Assembly: GCF_963676685.1 (NCBI RefSeq)
Contig: NC_092351.1
Location: forward strand, 67,766,001-67,830,000
DNA from: Mytilus edulis
Lineage: Eukaryota
Direction: 5' to 3'
DNA: 64,000 nt
In this document: piece by piece, positions 58,436 through 64,000 of the stretch
How positions within the stretch are numbered: position 1 is the stretch's first letter
Layout of the letters: the number at the start of each line of letters is the position of its first letter
Notes under the pieces: model-generated
Databases searched by the model: none
Told to the model about the DNA's origin: nothing
What the model saw: the letters and a program-made list of their open reading frames with translations, nothing else
Position numbers and translations under genes: made by a program

Positions 58436-59447
58436 CTTGAGGTGATTAGCTGTCAATTTAGAAGTTACTATTTTTAACATACTGATTAAGGAATATTAAT
58501 TTTAGTCATGATTATGTATGTCATTTTCTATTTTAAGACTTTTATGATGTATTTAAATGGGTAATTATGGTTGCAAACTCCATTGGGAATTTGAATTGAG
58601 ATAATGACCATAACTTGAGGGAAAGAATTGGTGTTTTTTTTTGGAAAAGGGGGGGGGGTTGAAAAAGAAATTATGGGGGACAATTTTTTCTCATTACAGA
58701 TTTCAGAAATTAAAAAGAAAATTTCTTTATTTTTTTTTGGGGGGGAGGGGTTTAACAGCATAGTGTATTGCATAAAAGTTTAAAAAAAAGGGGGGTATAT
58801 TTTTGTTGGGATCAATTCGCAACAGCATAGTGTATTGCAATAAAGCAAAAAATTGAATAACCAATTCGAAGTTATTTGACTATAGTTATTCTGTGTCAGA
58901 AACCTATTATGTGTATTTAATCACAATCCAAATTCAGACCTGTATCAATCACGAATATTGAGTCCATTTTTGCCCCAACTGTTTAGGGTTGTACTTCTGC
59001 GGTAGTATCCAGCTGCGGAAGCAATTTATTAAGAGTAGTTGACTCTTTTTCCCCCCTAAAACAAAACAAAATAAGATCTGAAAGAGAAATTCTACATGGC
59101 CAAATTATCACACTAGTTAAGTGACATTTTATTTTTTTCAAATGAATAAACTGTAAGTAGTAGAAATGATCATCAGTACAAGTCCTACAAAAAAAATACA
59201 AAATCAGATCTATGAATAAGAAACCATAACTTGGTTATAAAAAAAAGGAAATAATATCAAAATGGCACATGTTATACCAGGTGAGCGACTCAGGCTTTTG
59301 TCAGTCTCTTGTTCAGTTAGCAACATATACGTGTACCAAGGCGATTACTTTTCATTTATTAACACATATTTGCTGTTAAAAAAAAGTTAAACAAATAATG
59401 TATTGTCATCAATTATACACATATTTGTGATATAATGAACATAAAAA

Positions 59448-59606
59448 TATAATACACCTATTGACTGGGTGTGAGGGTAGTGGGAAGTTTGCTGTCCCTG
59501 AAATACCAACTATTGCTCGAGGCGAAGCCAAGGGCAATAGTTTGTATGCGAAGGGACAACAAACTTGCTAATACCCGCACACCCAGTCATTAGGTGTTTT
59601 ATTATA
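59448..59606. repeat. ~160-bp imperfect palindrome centred on gcgaagc (fold-back MITE)
   Basis: acacctattgactgggtgtg ... cacacccagtcattaggtgt. Confidence 0.8.
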
Positions 59607-59665
59607 CTGAAAAACACAATCATTAAGTGTTTATTATACCAAGCTTACTACTTTCTAAAAGTGTA

Positions 59666-59807
59666 CAGTGGCGGATCCAGAACTTTTCCTAAGGGGGCCC
59701 ACTCCAGTCATGCATCAGTAATTCCCTATATAATCAACCAAATTTTTCCCACAAAAGGGGGGGGGGGCGGGCCCCCCAGACACCCCCCCCCCCTGGATCC
59801 GCCTATG
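59666..59807. mobile_element. CAGTGGCGGATCCAG-type MITE, 5-bp TSD gtgta
   Basis: TIR cagtggcggatccag / ctggatccgcctatg. Confidence 0.85.
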
Positions 59808-60876
59808 GTGTACATATATTCATCTGAAAGAAAAGAAAAATGTCATATAACTTGACATGCACAAGATGAACTATACGTTTGTTTTTTATAGTCCGTGTTG
59901 TATTTGTAATATTTCATTAATTGCAATCAAGACTAGAAATGCTTGCGTTAAAACTTTCCGTGCATATAATGAATTCTAGCTAAAGTACACCAAACGCAAA
60001 TACAGGTATAGAAGATGACAACAGAACCATATTATAAATTAACTCCTATATTTTAGATCATTAAAAATGTATGACAAAGATTTTCTTTCTCTTTTATAAT
60101 TGCGTCTTGTAAGTATTATTACGATCGACACAAACATATTATTAGGTGTTTTATTAGGTGTTTTAATATTATACCGTTTACAATATTAGAGTTTGACGTT
60201 GCCAAGCACACAAAATCAAAAACCAAGTTTTACAGGAAAACATATCGCTAGTATATTTTTTTTAAATTCATTTGGTAAATTATAACGATACGTATATTGT
60301 ATTTTTTTTATTGGCATGCACGAACATATTTTTAATTTTTTTTATTGGCATGCACGAACATATTTTTAATAACCTTGATGAAAGGACATCCATGCTAAGT
60401 TATATAAGTTATGGGTCCAGTAGAGATTATGCTTCACCCGAGATTATAAACATCCTCGTGATCATTGCTTGAACACAGTGATTATAACTTCAATGTGCGT
60501 GTTTAGATCTTTATGTATTTATCAAGATTATACGAGTTTTGAACATTTAAAAGATGGAGTGCTTTCTTCTTTTCCAGTAATAAGAAACTGCTATCAATTT
60601 TTTAAAATGTCATAATGACATTACTTTCACATAGCTGTCTAATTCATGTTCACCAAATTGACTCAACAAATTCTCATTATCGACTTATCATATATTAAAA
60701 CGAAAATCCAAATAAAAAAGTCTAAAATAAACATTAATCAATATACTTCCTGAAATAATGTCCTTCTATAGTAAAATTGCTCTATTTTTGCATAGTTTTT
60801 AAAAGAAATATATAGCGTTAACTACACTATGCGAAAATAGTATGCCTTGCTGTTGTAACAGACTACATTGAGCATA

Positions 60877-60970
60877 CATTGAAAACCCATTGGTGGCATT
60901 CGGCTGTTGTCTGCTCTATGGTCGGGTTGTTGTCGCTTTGACACATTCCCCATTTCCATTCTCAATTTTA
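60877..60970 (+). mobile_element. Short 3'-terminal fragment of the same Penelope-like family
   Basis: cattgaaaacccattggtgg...ccattctcaatttta matches the termini of the other copies; a more decayed trace lies near 24105-24215. Confidence 0.75.
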
Positions 60971-61760
60971 TTGATTTGAATTTCAGGTCAATCATTTTCA
61001 ATTGCACGTGCAAAGGCGGAGCTTGGTTGTTTTGACAGACAAATGTGTTGGATTTATTAGCCTGACAATTAATTAACTATTAAAATTGAACAATAAGGGG
61101 AAAAATATTATTTAAATTTTGCTGACATTTTAAGAGACTTTAAAATGCTGTAGTTTCTGTTAGAAAGTTTTTTTTCTTTGTTTACTACCGTTGAAGCCAA
61201 AATTGTTTGAAAACTTTTGAAGTCATTTATTACAGATATAAACAGTTATGACCACATCACTGTTATTTAGAACTATGGAAAATGTTAATGAGAATGAAAT
61301 GAAAGGGGTATAGAGTAAACCTTATTTAGACAAAATCAAAAACAATACCGAGCAATCACAGTTATGACACGATGCCTTTTTGATACTTCTTCATCTTGAA
61401 GTCACCATGAGTGTATGCCTTCAACAATGAGAAAACTATAGGTACATCATAGCAAGTTCAACACAACCTCTAGCACCATGTTAAGCAAAACTCTTCTTGT
61501 TTAACTAGTCAATAATGTTTTATATTCAGATAGAGTTAACTTAAAATCAATCATTTCACCTCAAAACACACACTTTTGAATCTATTTATTTGTAACTCTT
61601 TCTAACATTCAAGTAGACAAAATCAACTCTTTGAAATCACCATTTATTTATATGCAGAGTTACACAAAGGGCTTCTTTTCATACTATAACGCATTTGTAT
61701 ACATAGAAATACACAATTAGCGCTATTTGAAATAGCAAACAGTCAGTATTATAATGATAT

Positions 61761-61896
61761 TAATGTTGTGTTTAACATTGCCTATGGAAAATAGTAGCCA
61801 GGGTGAGAGACAATGTTGCACTCCCCGTCGGGTCGTGCACTATTGTCTCTCACCCTGGCTCCTATTTTCGCATAGTCAATGTTAAACACAACATTA
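61761..61896. repeat. ~136-bp near-perfect palindrome (fold-back element)
   Basis: taatgttgtgtttaacattg..agccagggtgagagacaat / attgtctctcaccctggct..caatgttaaacacaacatta. Confidence 0.88.
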
Positions 61897-62759
61897 TTAT
61901 ATAAATGTTCGAAGTATAAACTCGAAATTATGTATCGGCATTTCGTGTGAATTTAAGACGCAACCTAATTAACCATCGAGGTGACATTTCCAAAGACTTC
62001 CGATGGTCATATAACCCGATATAAACATAGACATAAATAGGTAGCGAACTCGTGCAATTGGACTTTTCTAGGTCTGCATGTTTGATTTTAAATTTATAGG
62101 TTAAACAATATGTTAATAATCGTTTTTACCTGTATAAGAAATCGTTTTTGTAAATCGCATCGGTCAACCAATTGGTTTACCCTTGTTTCACTTTGAGTGT
62201 TGAAATTATTTTCCTTTTACAAGCTGAACACGCCTTGTTCATGCGTCACTCATCTCCAGTTAGAGGTTCAATTGAATTTCACATGAATACTAGGCCGAAT
62301 TATTCACTTGCAAGAGATCAGTTTATTAGCCAGGTTAATTTGCTTAATACCAAACTGGCTGCTAAAAGCGAAATTTTATTTCACTATTTCACTTTCATTA
62401 TGATTGAACCAAAAACAAATCATATTTTATTTTTTATCTTTATAGCTACAGTGCCCCTGTAAAATTGTGCAATTTAATGGCTATTTAATGAGATGCAATA
62501 ATGTCAATGTCAGAAAACAGCTAGTATTTTTATATTCAGCCTAATGTCGAAGTGTTCGGAAACCCATCGACTTTAAGGTGGCTCGGGACTATTCGACTGC
62601 GCATAATTACAAAGTTGACATTTTCTTACATTTACAATATTATGTGTTTTGTTATATTTGTCACAAAGTTATTTATTTAATAAACTGACAGAGATATGTC
62701 TCGCTTTTATGTAATTTTGATAATGCAAATGTTGAAATTAAAATAGCAACAATTTAACA

Positions 62760-63471
62760 TGTAAGTTTTGAAAATATTAAAAGTCAATGAACCATGACTG
62801 AAGGTACATGGCTAAAAAATCTCCATGGAAATGAGATGTGCCAATGCTAATACAACTGCATACTAAATACCATTGAATTATCATAAGTTGTTCCCTTTAA
62901 ACAAACTAAACACAAACTCATAAATGTAAATTAAGCAAAAAGTTTTAAGCAAAAACAGAAATGAGATGTGCCAATGCTAATACAACTGTATACCAAATAT
63001 CCTTGACCTACCACTAGTGATTCCCCATAATTCGACATAATAACAAACTAATACATGAAAACTAAATAAAAGTTTCAAAGTCAATAGACCATGACTGAGG
63101 GGGGGGGGGGTGAAATAATCTCCAAGGAAATGAGATATACCAATGCTTATGCAACTGCATACAAATTATAAATACCTTACCACTAGTGGTTCCCCATAAC
63201 ATTTACCTAATCACAAACTAATACATGAAAACTAAGCAAAAATTTCAAAGTCAATAAACCGTGACTGAGGAGGCGGGGCCAAATAATCTTCATGGAAATG
63301 AGATATGCAAATGCTTATACAACTGCATACCAAATATCTTTGACCTACCACTAGTGGTTCACCATGAACAAGACCTAATATACAAAGTACATTGTTGACG
63401 CCGACGCCGGAACTGACAGCATACCTATATATCAGTATGTCTCGCTTTTTGACCGTCAAGCGAGACAAAAA
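62760..63471 (-). mobile_element. Minus-strand HINE-like element with tandem units
   Basis: Terminal hairpin tgtctcgct..agcgagaca then aaa, gacgccgacgcc, repeated gaaatgagat.t.ccaatgct.atacaactg. Confidence 0.75.
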
Positions 63472-64000
63472 CTGATTATTCTAGGTAGAAAGGTACGAAA
63501 TTTTCTAAACATACTTATCCATTTGTGACCATGATTACATATTGATACTGCATTTTTTATGTATATCCTTACATGATATATGTCTATGTTTCAAAGTTTT
63601 TCGTGGATTCCTCATTGTTAGATTCAATCGAAAGCGCGATAATAATGCTAAAATTTTGACAGGAGTCCCTATAGCTTCTGTTAAATTGTAGTTAAATAAA
63701 GTTGGAATCTGCAGTCAATATACCATTCATAGATTTGATATTAGTATTACAACAGCTCGATAGTTACCTGGTAAAGAGAAAATTTAAACCTACAACATAA
63801 AGCTTAAATTACTTAAATCAACCTTCACAATAAAAAATTATTCGACATCAATTTATAACAGAAATTTCCATTTATTTTTAACCTTGCAAACATGTTTGTT
63901 GTATGGGTATACTTTTCAGACAATACAAACAAAATTGATTTATTTAAACTTGTTTGGTAGACATGATCTACGTTTTCTAATTTTATTGATATAAGTAAAT

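Noticed and set aside
60300-60370. 35-bp tandem duplication
   Set aside because: Ordinary slippage duplication in intergenic DNA with no evident function.

Overview
AT-rich, repeat-dense animal genomic DNA, most likely a bivalve mollusc (Mytilus-like, inferred from the repeat families and a ~350-nt hammerhead retrozyme; not proven). One complete protein-coding gene is present: the CBP/p300 histone acetyltransferase orthologue on the + strand. I assembled it by hand as 28 coding exons from ATG 14420 to TAG 49148, about 6552 nt and 2183 aa, with consistent exon phases and domains TAZ1-KIX-bromo-RING-PHD-HAT-ZZ-TAZ2-NCBD. Everything else is intronic or intergenic and filled with mobile DNA: Helentron-type non-autonomous elements with internal tandem arrays, MITEs with 3-7 bp TSDs, an inverted satellite pair, and decayed Penelope-like retroelements. 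Most notable: (1) a type II SECIS-like hairpin in the 3' UTR of the Penelope-like element, in three copies, with substitutions that mostly preserve pairing; (2) a tandem type I hammerhead ribozyme unit (retrozyme, 348-nt period); (3) a cluster of unusual splice signals in the CBP catalytic core, namely a GC donor, in-frame alternative acceptors in the RING and at the PHD-HAT junction, and a 52-bp duplication of the acceptor of the catalytic HAT exon that would create a poison isoform; (4) intronic inverted repeats bracketing in-frame exon blocks, including the entire KIX domain. Items 1 and 2 match element classes already described in the literature. The splicing and inverted-repeat observations are hypotheses needing RNA data. 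All coordinates were read by eye; repeat boundaries may be off by a few bases.
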